A DNA stretch of 64,000 bases from Phycisphaerae bacterium (lineage in GTDB: Bacteria > Planctomycetota > Phycisphaerae > UBA1845), in assembly GCA_022072505.1 (NCBI GenBank), contig JAJVHU010000049.1, forward strand, positions 36,915-100,914. The letters run 5' to 3'. Under the pieces are notes generated by a model, which was given only the letters and a program-made list of their open reading frames with translations, made no database searches and was not told the DNA's origin. The translations under genes were made by a program, and so were the position numbers. Within the stretch, counting starts at the first letter, position 1, and each line of letters starts with the position of its first letter. Below, one piece after another: positions 34,596 through 43,034 of this stretch.

Positions 34596-36425
34596 ATGAG
34601 CAGAATCGCGTGGTCTCGACTTCCTCTTGTTACGGCGCTGCTGGCGTCGTCCGTCGTGGCGAATCAACTCGACGTGGGTCTGGATGCGCCGCCCCTGTCG
34701 ATTACGAAGTGGATTCGCGGCGATGTCGTGGATCTGGCGACCGCAAAAGGCAAGAACGTCATCGTCGTTGAGTTCTGGGCCACCTGGTGCGGCCCCTGCA
34801 TCGCCTCGATGCCCCACCTGTCCGAGCTTCAAAAGAAGCATGCCGACAAGGGGTTGATCATCATCGGCGTCACCAAGCCGGACCCCAACAACCCTCTCGA
34901 GAAAGTCGAGCAGTTCACGAAAGACAACGCGGAGAAACAAGCCTACACCGTCGCCTTCGACGGCGACGGCGCCACCTTCGACGCGTACATGCGCGCCGCC
35001 GGCCAGAACGGCATCCCCACCGCTTTCATCGTTGACCGCGACGGAAAAATCGCGTGGATCGGACATCCGCTGAACATGGACGCGCCCCTCGAGCAGGTGC
35101 TCGCGGGAACGCACGACATCAGCTTGTTCAAACTCAACAAATTGCTGTCCGACCGCGCGCGAGACAAGCGCCGAACCCAGGACTGGGAGGCCGTCGTCCG
35201 CACCCTCGACGCGATGGCCGCCCTCGACCCGCAGAACCCCGGCCCCTGGCGCGACCGCATCCAGCCCCTCGTCGGCCCCCTCGCCGCGCCCGACAAAGCC
35301 CTCGCCGCCGCGGAACGCGCGCTGACGCTCTCCGCCGACCGCACCGATGACCTTATCACCCTCGCCTCGTCAATCCGTTACGCCCCCGACGCGCCGGGTC
35401 TGCGCGACATCGCCCTCAAGGCCGTGCGCCGCTCGCTCGAACTTCGGCCTTCGGAAGTCAACGCACGCCTGACGTTGATCGACCTGCTGGTCCTTTCCGG
35501 AAAAACGGATGAAGCGCTCGCCGCCGCAAAGCAGGCTTACGACGCGATCGTCGCGACGGATCCGGCTCAGTTGACCGGATTGATCCGCACCCTCACTCAA
35601 CCGTCCTTCGACGGAAAAGGCGTCGCCCTCGCGGTCACGGCCGCGGAGAAAGCCGTCGAGTCCGGCTGGGACAATGCCACCACGCTGACCTTGGTGGGGT
35701 TCAGCCTTCGCAACGTCAAAGACAATGACGCGGCCTTGAAGCTGGCGCTCAAAGCCGCCCGCCGCGCCGTGGAGCTGAAACCCGAGGAAGCCCGGGGTTG
35801 GGTCAATCTTCTGGACACGCTCGTCGCCGCCAACGACGTCGACGGCGTGCTGGCGGTCGTCGAGCAGAAACAGGATGTCCTGCTGAAACAGGATCCGACC
35901 GTCCTCGCCGCGGTCGCCCGATCCTTGTCGGCGCCGGCCCTGGGCGGGCGCGGCGCGCAGTTCGCCCTCCGCGCCGTCAATGCCGGGTTGGAGGCCAGGC
36001 CGGACGATCCGGCCCTGCTTGAAACCCGCTTCCGCGTTCAGGCGCTCGGGTTGAAGGATAAAACCGCCGCCGTCAGCACGGGCGAGTTGCTCCTCGAAAA
36101 AGCCTCGCAGAACCCCGCGATGCTGAACAGCTTCGCCTGGGCCCTGCTCACCGAAGACGGCCTGAAGAGTGGGTACAACGCCCTCGCTCTTTCCGCCGCC
36201 TCAAAATGCCACGAGGTTTCGGGCGGGCAGAATTGGGCCTACCTCGACACCTTGGCGCTTGCCAAGTTTGAGACCGGCGCGGTCGACGAGGCCGTGGCGC
36301 TCGAACGCAAATCCATCGAACTTGCCCTGAAAGCCGGAGTGTCGGACATCTCCGAACTGACCGCAGCGCTTGACCGCTTTAACGCCGCCGCCGGAAGACC
36401 GGGTGGAGAAATAAATAGAAAGTAG
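34596..36425 (+). CDS. Secreted TlpA/ResA-like thioredoxin-fold protein with a long TPR-like C-terminal domain
   Basis: Signal peptide MSRIAWSRLPLVTALLASSVVA, the redox motif VVEFWATWCGPC, and about 420 aa of helical repeats. GGAAAGGA lies upstream of the ATG. Confidence 0.85.
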   Translation: MSRIAWSRLPLVTALLASSVVANQLDVGLDAPPLSITKWIRGDVVDLATAKGKNVIVVEFWATWCGPCIASMPHLSELQKKHADKGLIIIGVTKPDPNNPLEKVEQFTKDNAEKQAYTVAFDGDGATFDAYMRAAGQNGIPTAFIVDRDGKIAWIGHPLNMDAPLEQVLAGTHDISLFKLNKLLSDRARDKRRTQDWEAVVRTLDAMAALDPQNPGPWRDRIQPLVGPLAAPDKALAAAERALTLSADRTDDLITLASSIRYAPDAPGLRDIALKAVRRSLELRPSEVNARLTLIDLLVLSGKTDEALAAAKQAYDAIVATDPAQLTGLIRTLTQPSFDGKGVALAVTAAEKAVESGWDNATTLTLVGFSLRNVKDNDAALKLALKAARRAVELKPEEARGWVNLLDTLVAANDVDGVLAVVEQKQDVLLKQDPTVLAAVARSLSAPALGGRGAQFALRAVNAGLEARPDDPALLETRFRVQALGLKDKTAAVSTGELLLEKASQNPAMLNSFAWALLTEDGLKSGYNALALSAASKCHEVSGGQNWAYLDTLALAKFETGAVDEAVALERKSIELALKAGVSDISELTAALDRFNAAAGRPGGEINRK

Positions 36426-36496
36426 GATAGGCGCGCGGGTTCGGACAGACCGGGCGACGAGGGAAAAGTTTTTTCATCGAACACCCGAAAAAGGGG

Positions 36497-36526
36497 TTGA
36501 ACTGCGCCCCGGCATTGCATTAGACT
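36497..36526 (+). promoter_or_regulatory. Sigma70-like promoter candidate
   Basis: TTGAAC (36497-36502), 18 nt, then TAGACT (36521-36526). Confidence 0.35.
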
Positions 36527-36532
36527 CCTTTC

Positions 36533-36683
36533 ACGGAAGGGGGGCGAGGCGCGATTCCGGACCGACAAGCCCGCTCGGGTACCGGCACTCTCCTTCCAGC
36601 CCTCCGAGGATTTGTTGACAACTTAGCTCTCTCTCCCTCCCAGGTTCGGGTCGGCTTGTTCGACTTGGGCCTGGGATTTTTTT
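36533..36683 (+). ncRNA. Candidate ~150-nt sRNA with three C/U-rich (anti-Shine-Dalgarno-like) tracts
   Basis: Bounded by the promoter candidate and a strong terminator. It contains CUCCUUUC, CUCUCCUUCC..CCCUCC and CUCUCUCCCUCCC. No ORF is present, and the region is less GC-rich than the flanks. Confidence 0.35.
36639..36683 (+). terminator. Intrinsic terminator
   Basis: 15-bp stem (4 G-U pairs as RNA): CCCAGGUUCGGGUCG-GCUUGUU-CGACUUGGGCCUGGG, followed by AUUUUUUU. Confidence 0.75.
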
Positions 36684-36788
36684 CAGCCGCAGTACAACCA
36701 ACCAGCGTATTTTAGGAATTGTGGGGGGATCAGGAATTCCCTCGGCATCAACGCGTCAACCGACGCAGGCCTCCGTACTTGGCTTAAC

Positions 36789-37124
36789 TCACGGTTTTCC
36801 GCTGGCGCCCCAGCCTTGCATCTGACGCCGCTTGTACCACAACAGCCCTCCGATGATCGGCAAGCCGAGCGCCACAAGGGTGTTGTTGACGATCAGGGCC
36901 CAGAACAACGAGGCGTCGTTCACCGTGTCCCGCCGCTGAGTCGTGACCTGAGCATCAACGTCCGTCTGAAGTCCCGCGCCCTGCCCCAGCGCTTTCGGCG
37001 ACACCTCCCGCAGCGCTGCGCAGCCTCCCGCGAAACCCGCCGCCCACGCCGTGGCCGCCCCCACCCCCACCGCTGTCCAGCACCGCAGGTTGAACCCCCG
37101 CACCGCCCGCGCCCGCCGTCTCAT
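36789..37124 (-). CDS. Hypothetical small envelope protein (signal/lipobox-like N-terminus, C-terminal TM helix)
   Basis: AAGFAGGCAAL near the N-terminus and C-terminal LFWALIVNNTLVALGLPIIGGLLWYKRR. High GC3 throughout. Confidence 0.55.
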   Translation of the reverse strand: MRRRARAVRGFNLRCWTAVGVGAATAWAAGFAGGCAALREVSPKALGQGAGLQTDVDAQVTTQRRDTVNDASLFWALIVNNTLVALGLPIIGGLLWYKRRQMQGWGASGKP

Positions 37125-37431
37125 GCTCCTGTCTCCCCTGCTTCGCGTTTCCGAACACCCCCAGCCGGACGCGGACCGGCACGCGCAGACCGGCGCTTTG
37201 CTTCAGGTACGCTTCCGCGTCCTCGCCGTCGTACTCGAACTCGGCCGTGTACGCCGCGTCCGTCCGCTCCGCCAGGTGTACAAGGTGCTCGGTCGTCTGC
37301 TTGAAGGCCTCGATCTGCTGCTCGAGCGTCGCCTCGCCGAACGCCCGCGTACATCCGCCGGAAAGACACCCGCCCAGTGTCACCGTCACGGCACTTATGA
37401 CCCCCAGCAACCCGTCTCGCACGTCGAACAT
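36955..37431 (-). CDS. Hypothetical lipoprotein; its 3' 170 nt overlap the next gene out of frame
   Basis: ATG at 37431 has GGGGAGGAGGG upstream. Lipobox VTLGGCLSG. The sequence stays plausible up to about ..GVFGNAKQGRQEHE and then becomes G/A-rich over the overlap. Confidence 0.5.
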   Translation of the reverse strand: MFDVRDGLLGVISAVTVTLGGCLSGGCTRAFGEATLEQQIEAFKQTTEHLVHLAERTDAAYTAEFEYDGEDAEAYLKQSAGLRVPVRVRLGVFGNAKQGRQEHETAGAGGAGVQPAVLDSGGGGGGHGVGGGFRGRLRSAAGGVAESAGAGRGTSDGR

Positions 37432-37631
37432 CGTCGCCCTCCTCCCCTGAAGCCCGCCGGATCCGGCGCCGCGTCCCCAACTCCGGGGCCGACGCCCGCC
37501 CGGCGGCGCAACCGGGGACATAACGCGCGCCGCGCGCGCGAGGGACACGCGGGGCGCCGCGAATCACCGGACGAGGGAGCGGGTCGCGCGACTCCGGAAC
37601 GAGCGTGGCGACGAAGACGACCCGCGAAGGA

Positions 37632-38414
37632 TCAAAGTCGATGTCGGATCGCCCAGAGGTCGGGGAACACAGGCTTGAAAAGCGACTGCTTCAGAAAAGG
37701 CACGCCGGGCGACCCGCCCGTCCCCTTCTTGGCGCCGATCGTCCGCTCGACGATCTTCACGTGACGGTAACGCCACTCCTGAAGCCCCTCGTCGAAGTCC
37801 GTCATCAGTTCGAAAAGGATCGCCAGTTCGCCGCGCGACGTGTAAAGACGAAGCAGCCCCTCCTGAACGCGCTCGTCCGCGGCCGTCGACGCCTCGACCG
37901 GCCGGGCGCGCACGTCCGGAGGAATGTCAACACCGTGGCACTCCAGGAAATCATAAAAGTGATCGACCAGCGAACGCTCGTGCAGGCGGCGGCGCAGGAC
38001 CGCCGACGTCCGCGCGTCCGGCGGAAGATACCCCGCCGTCTCCGGGCGCTTGTATCCGAGCACGAACTCCAGCTCGCGGAATTGCACGGATTGAAACCCC
38101 GACGCCGTCTCCAGCCGCTCACGGAAGCTCGAAAACGACATCGGCGTCATCGTCTCGAGGATGTCGAGCTGCCCGACCAGCGTCTTGAGGATCGTCCGAA
38201 GGCGCTTGAAGGTATGTATCGCGTCGAACGTGCGTCCGGCGGAAAGATCCAGCTTCACCTTCTCCGCCTCGTGCAGCACGAGCTTGAACCAGAGTTCGTA
38301 CACCTGGTGAATCACGATGAAGAGCATTTCGTCGTGCTCGGCGGGACTGGAGCGCGGCTGTTGCAGCGCGAGCATCTCGTCGAGATGAAGGTAGCTGGAG
38401 TAAGTCAGCGGCAT
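37632..38414 (-). CDS. kynA: Tryptophan 2,3-dioxygenase
   Basis: YSSYLHLDEMLALQQP...HDEMLFIVIHQVYELWFKL, SGFQSVQFRELEF and GTGGSPGVPFL. Start ATG at 38414; the track ORF begins 18 nt further upstream. Confidence 0.9.
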   Translation of the reverse strand: MPLTYSSYLHLDEMLALQQPRSSPAEHDEMLFIVIHQVYELWFKLVLHEAEKVKLDLSAGRTFDAIHTFKRLRTILKTLVGQLDILETMTPMSFSSFRERLETASGFQSVQFRELEFVLGYKRPETAGYLPPDARTSAVLRRRLHERSLVDHFYDFLECHGVDIPPDVRARPVEASTAADERVQEGLLRLYTSRGELAILFELMTDFDEGLQEWRYRHVKIVERTIGAKKGTGGSPGVPFLKQSLFKPVFPDLWAIRHRL

Positions 38415-38677
38415 GTTCGTGCCTCGTCTCACGCCGCCCGCCGCGACGGCGGAGTAAGCGTAACCGCGCCGCGACGCCGAATCAACGCGGCAACCCCGAC
38501 CGGGACGCGGAGGTTGTCGATCACGGCGCGGGCGTCGGGTTTTTGCCGACGTTGCGCCGCATGACCGCCGATCCGGTTCAGGTTACAATGCTCCGTCCGC
38601 GGAGTCGGGCCGCTGCATGATCGAGTGTGTTCCGGCGGGAGCGTCCGGCAGGAACGGCGGGTCGAAGGAGTTCAGGC

Positions 38678-39580
38678 ATGCGCGTGGCGGTGAGCGGCGC
38701 GAGCGGGCTGGTCGGAACGGCGCTGTGTGATCTTCTGCGCGGCGGCGGGCATGACGTCGTCCGGATGGTGCGCGGCGACCGTCGCCCCGGCTTAGGCGAG
38801 ATTCCGTGGGATCCCGACGCGGGCGTTCTCGACAAGGACTGGCTGGAGGGGTGCGACGCCGTCGTCCACCTGGCCGGCGAGAACATCGCGGCCGGTCGCT
38901 GGTCCGCCGCGCGGAAAGCTCGGATCCGCAACAGCCGCGTCATCGGCACGCGGCTGGTTGCCAACGCCCTGAAAGCCTGCAACACCCCTCCGAAGGTCTT
39001 CTTCTGCGCATCCGCCGTCGGGTATTACGGTCATCGCGGCGACGCCTGGCTCGACGAAACCCGTGAACCAGGTCGCGGGTTTCTCCCCGAAACCTGCGTC
39101 GCCTGGGAGGCGACAGCGAACGAAGCGGAAGCGGCGGGAATCCGCGTCGTCACGGGCCGCATCGGCGTCGTGCTCAGTCCGCGCGGCGGGGCGCTGGCGA
39201 AAATGCTCCTGCCTTTCAAGCTCGGCGTCGGCGGCGTGATCGGCTCGGGGCGGCAGTACTGGAGCTGGATCACGTTGGCGGACCTCGCGGCTTCGATCCT
39301 TCATGTGCTCTCGAACGAATCTCTCCGAGGCGCGGTCAATCTTGTCTCGCCGGCGCCGGCGACGAACCGGGAGTTCACCCGGGCGCTCGGCGCCGCCCTG
39401 AACCGGCCGACGATCTTCCCGATGCCCGCCCTGGCGGCGCGCATCGTGCTGGGCGAGATGGCGAACGACCTGCTCCTGGCCAGCGCCCGGGTCCGCCCGA
39501 CGCGCCTCCTCGAAAGCGGGTTTGTCTTCAAACACATGCAGATCACCCCGGCGCTCAAAACCCTCCTTGCCCGGACTTAG
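38678..39580 (+). CDS. TIGR01777/YfcH-type NAD-dependent epimerase-family protein (DUF1731 C-terminus)
   Basis: MRVAVSGASGLVGTAL is a Rossmann motif. Also SAVGYYG, GRQYWSWITLAD and the C-terminal SGFVFKH. GAAGGAG lies upstream of the ATG at 38678. Confidence 0.85.
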   Translation: MRVAVSGASGLVGTALCDLLRGGGHDVVRMVRGDRRPGLGEIPWDPDAGVLDKDWLEGCDAVVHLAGENIAAGRWSAARKARIRNSRVIGTRLVANALKACNTPPKVFFCASAVGYYGHRGDAWLDETREPGRGFLPETCVAWEATANEAEAAGIRVVTGRIGVVLSPRGGALAKMLLPFKLGVGGVIGSGRQYWSWITLADLAASILHVLSNESLRGAVNLVSPAPATNREFTRALGAALNRPTIFPMPALAARIVLGEMANDLLLASARVRPTRLLESGFVFKHMQITPALKTLLART

Positions 39581-39594
39581 ACACGGTTTCAGAA

Positions 39595-39626
39595 CCGAAC
39601 CGCGCCCGTCCGTCGGGAAGCGTTTC
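39595..39626 (-). repeat. Core-motif repeat in the convergent gap
   Basis: CCGAACCGCGCCCGTCCGTCGGGAAGCGTTTC, preceded by AGACACGGTTTCAGAA. Compare the unit at 20953-21037. Confidence 0.7.
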
Positions 39627-39640
39627 TCCTTCCTGACGGA

Positions 39641-40252
39641 TCACGGATCTTTCGACGTCCTTTCCGTCGCAGGCACTGCGGCGCCGTCGAGGCGCAACTC
39701 GAACTTCTCCTCGATGACGTCGACGCCCCACATCCGGCCGGGTTTGTCCTCGACCTTCTCGAAACCCGCCGCGCGATAAAGCGCCGCGGCGGTCTTCAAA
39801 GCGCTCACCGTCCACAACAGGATCGATCGGTATCCGCATGTGCGTGCGAAGGCGACGGCGTCGCCGAGAAGCCGCCGACCCAGGCCCGCCCCGCGCGCCT
39901 CCGGCGTGACCAGAAACCAGCGCAACTGGGCCGCGTCTCCCTCGTCTGACGCGGAAGCGTCGCCCTCCCCCGCGTGATTCAACGCCCCGCGTGATCCGGC
40001 GCCGACGATCGCGATGCAGCCGATGAGCCGGTCGGCGCGCTCCGCGATCCACAACCGCTCGCACGGACCGCGCGTCCGGACGAACTCCGCCAGCGGACCC
40101 GCCACGTACGCCTCGAACGTCGCGTCAAATCCCTGCTCGGCGGCGTAGACCACGCCGTGAAGCGACACGACCGCGCCCAGATCTCCGGGACGCAGGTCGT
40201 GTCGAACCACGATCGGCGCGGGATCGCCGAGCGATCTCGAATCTTCGTTCAC
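39641..40252 (-). CDS. GNAT-family N-acetyltransferase
   Basis: LRWFLVTPEARGAGLGRRLLGDAVAFAR...AAALYRAAGFEKV. Confidence 0.8.
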   Translation of the reverse strand: MNEDSRSLGDPAPIVVRHDLRPGDLGAVVSLHGVVYAAEQGFDATFEAYVAGPLAEFVRTRGPCERLWIAERADRLIGCIAIVGAGSRGALNHAGEGDASASDEGDAAQLRWFLVTPEARGAGLGRRLLGDAVAFARTCGYRSILLWTVSALKTAAALYRAAGFEKVEDKPGRMWGVDVIEEKFELRLDGAAVPATERTSKDP

Positions 40253-40360
40253 GGGCTTCTCCTTTCCTCAAGCTTACGCGATACTGGGCGGCGTTCGAAG
40301 GGGCCGACGTGACTCCCGGAGGACGCGTCAACCCGTCACACGGCGTCAGGAAGCGACACG

Positions 40361-41587
40361 ATGCAGTCTCGGCGCGGCAGCATTGAGGCGGATGTGCTCG
40401 CACGACTCGACCGGTTCGTCATTGAGACGCCGTCGTGGGGCTACGCCGACACGGGAACGCGCTTCGGCAAGTTCCTGCAGGACGCCGCGGCGACGTCGAT
40501 CGACGAGAAGCTCGCCGACGCGGCGGAGGTGCATCGCCTTACCGGCTGCTGTCCGTGCGTCGCGGTTCACGTGCTCTGGGATTTTCCCGAGGGCGGTCCG
40601 GAGACGGAGATTCGTCGCGTCGCGGCGCTGGCGACGTCACGGGGAGTCCGGATCGGCTCGATCAATCCGAACGTCTTCGAGGATCAGGCGTACAAGTGGG
40701 GGTCGCTGACGAACCGCGATCCGTCAATCCGCCGCCGCGCCCTCGATCACATCGCGGACTCGATCCGCATCGGCGAGCTTTGCGGATCGAACCTGCTGAC
40801 GCTCTGGTTCGCCGACGGGACGAACTACCCCGGTCAAGCCGACCTCCGCCGGCGCAAACGCTGGATGTCGGAAGGGCTGCGCGAGGTTCACGCCCGGCTG
40901 CCCGCGGACGGCACGATGCTCATCGAGTACAAGCCTTTCGAGCCCGCGTTCTATCACTCCGACATCGCCGACTGGGGGATGGCGCACGTCCTGGCGAAGG
41001 AGGCCGGACCGCGCGCGAAGGTGCTCATCGATCTCGGGCATCACCTGCCCGGCTGCAACATCGAGCACATCACGGCCTTCCTCATCGACGAAGGCGCGCT
41101 CGGCGGATTTCACTTCAACGACCGCAAGTACGCCGACGACGATCTGACGACGGGCAGCATCGACCCGCATCAGCTCTTCCGCATCTTCAACGAGATCGCG
41201 GGCGCGGAGCGGGATCGCGGCGGCCCCGGCGCGGGAGCCTCAGCCGACCTCTCGGTCGCGTACATGATCGATCAGTCGCACAACCTCAAGCCGAAGATCG
41301 AGGCGATGATTCAGACGGTGATGACGGTTCAGGAGGTTTTCCTCAAGGCGCTGCTCGTCGACCGCGACGCCTTGCGCCGTGCTCAGGACCGCGAGGATCT
41401 GGTTGCCGCGGAAGGCGTCCTCCAGGACGCGTTCTGGACGGAAGTGCGCGAATTGATTGCGGAGCACCGCCGGTCCCGCGGCCTGCCCCCGAATCCGCTC
41501 GCGGCCTTCCGCGAAAGCGGGTATGCCGCCCGCGCCGCGGCTCAGCGCGGACCGCGAAAGAGACCGGAGGGCGGGCGTTATGCCTGA
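40361..41587 (+). CDS. rhaI: L-rhamnose isomerase, non-E. coli (RhaI/TIM-barrel) type
   Basis: ETPSWGYADTGTRFGKF, VAVHVLWDF, IEYKPFEPAFY, IDLGHH and FHFNDRKYADDDL. Confidence 0.8.
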   Translation: MQSRRGSIEADVLARLDRFVIETPSWGYADTGTRFGKFLQDAAATSIDEKLADAAEVHRLTGCCPCVAVHVLWDFPEGGPETEIRRVAALATSRGVRIGSINPNVFEDQAYKWGSLTNRDPSIRRRALDHIADSIRIGELCGSNLLTLWFADGTNYPGQADLRRRKRWMSEGLREVHARLPADGTMLIEYKPFEPAFYHSDIADWGMAHVLAKEAGPRAKVLIDLGHHLPGCNIEHITAFLIDEGALGGFHFNDRKYADDDLTTGSIDPHQLFRIFNEIAGAERDRGGPGAGASADLSVAYMIDQSHNLKPKIEAMIQTVMTVQEVFLKALLVDRDALRRAQDREDLVAAEGVLQDAFWTEVRELIAEHRRSRGLPPNPLAAFRESGYAARAAAQRGPRKRPEGGRYA

Positions 41588-42986
41588 ACGCGACCACCGG
41601 CGCGGAGCGATGTCCTCTGGAGCAACCCCCGAAGCGGATCCGCAGCGGATTGCAACGCCGGCGGACGCTCCGGATCTTCCCCGGCGAATACACACGCTCG
41701 GCGCCGCCGCCATCATGATCGGCATCATCGTCGGCAGCGGCATCTTTCAGACGCCCACGGAGGTTGCAAAACACCTCGGCAATCCCTGGCTCATCCTGCT
41801 GGCGTGGGCGCTCGGCGGCGTCGTCTCCTTTTTCGGCGCGCTCACCTACGCCGAGCTTTCCGGCATGTTCCCCCGGTCAGGCGGCATCTACGTTTTCCTT
41901 TATGAAGGGCTGGGTCCGGCGGCGGCGTTCGTGTTCGGTTGGACGTACCTGCTGGTGGCGAAGCCCGCCGCCGCCGCGGGGATCGCCACCGTCTTCGCCT
42001 CCCACGTCAACCGCCTGCTCGGAACCGAATTCGACGAACGCCTGATCGTCTGCGTCGTCCTGACGCTGCTGACCTTGATCAACACGTTTCGCGTCACGCT
42101 CGGCGAGGGCGTGGCGATGCTCCTGACGACCGTCAAGATCGGGGCGCTGGTCGGAATCATCGTGCTCGGCGGACTGATGCTCGACCGTGCGGAAGGAAGG
42201 TTCGAACCCGCGCCCGTGCCGACGTCGTTTTTGCTTGCGCTGGCGCCGGTCTTCGCGGGCGTGATGTGGACCTACGACGGGTGGAGCGACGTCGGCTCGA
42301 TCGCCGGCGAAGTGAAGAACCCGCAGCGGGCGCTGCCGCGCGTCTTTCTGCTCGGGACCGCGGCCGTCACGCTCCTTTACCTGGGCGTCAACGCCGTCTA
42401 TCTCTGGATGATTCCGCTGGAGCAGATGCGCGCCGTGCCGACCGTGGCGCCGCTCGTGATGGAGCGCCTCCTCGGACCCACCGCCGAACGCGTCGTCACC
42501 GTCCTCGTCGTCGTCTCGACTCTCGGCGCGTCGCACGGTTCGATCCTGACCGGCGCCCGCGTCACGTTCGGCCAGGCCCGCGACGGCCTGCTCTTCAGTC
42601 CGCTCGGCAGGATTCACCCGCGATTTCAGACCCCCGCGGTCTCGCTGTGGGCGCAGCTCGTCCTGTCCTGCGCCGCGGTGATGTGGTTCAGGGGCTTCGG
42701 CGAACTGACGTCGGGATTCGTGTTTACGATGTGGGTGTTCTACGCCCTCGCGGCGGTCGGCCTGATCGTCCTTCGGAAGCGGCGTCCCGATCTGCCGCGG
42801 CCGTTCCGTTGCTGGGGTTATCCGCTCGTCCCGATCGCCTTCGTCGCCGTCGCGGTCGGCATGATCGCCCTCGAGGTCAGCGGAAACCCGCGACGTTCCC
42901 TGACCTGGCTGGTCGTGCTGATCGCCGGCGCCCCGATGTATCTGATCTGGAAGCGCCTGCAGCGACGCGAGACCGGCAGCGCCTGA
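41580..42986 (+). CDS. APC-superfamily (amino acid/polyamine-type) permease
   Basis: IMIGIIVGSGIFQTP, FFGALTYAELSGMFPRSGG and 12 TM segments. The candidate ATG at 41580 overlaps the rhaI stop (ATGCCTGA). An alternative ATG lies at 41610. Confidence 0.85.
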   Translation: MPERDHRRGAMSSGATPEADPQRIATPADAPDLPRRIHTLGAAAIMIGIIVGSGIFQTPTEVAKHLGNPWLILLAWALGGVVSFFGALTYAELSGMFPRSGGIYVFLYEGLGPAAAFVFGWTYLLVAKPAAAAGIATVFASHVNRLLGTEFDERLIVCVVLTLLTLINTFRVTLGEGVAMLLTTVKIGALVGIIVLGGLMLDRAEGRFEPAPVPTSFLLALAPVFAGVMWTYDGWSDVGSIAGEVKNPQRALPRVFLLGTAAVTLLYLGVNAVYLWMIPLEQMRAVPTVAPLVMERLLGPTAERVVTVLVVVSTLGASHGSILTGARVTFGQARDGLLFSPLGRIHPRFQTPAVSLWAQLVLSCAAVMWFRGFGELTSGFVFTMWVFYALAAVGLIVLRKRRPDLPRPFRCWGYPLVPIAFVAVAVGMIALEVSGNPRRSLTWLVVLIAGAPMYLIWKRLQRRETGSA

Positions 42987-43034
42987 CGGTCGGACAGGCT
43001 TTCCAGTCCAACTCGGGCGCGGCATCATCCGCGC

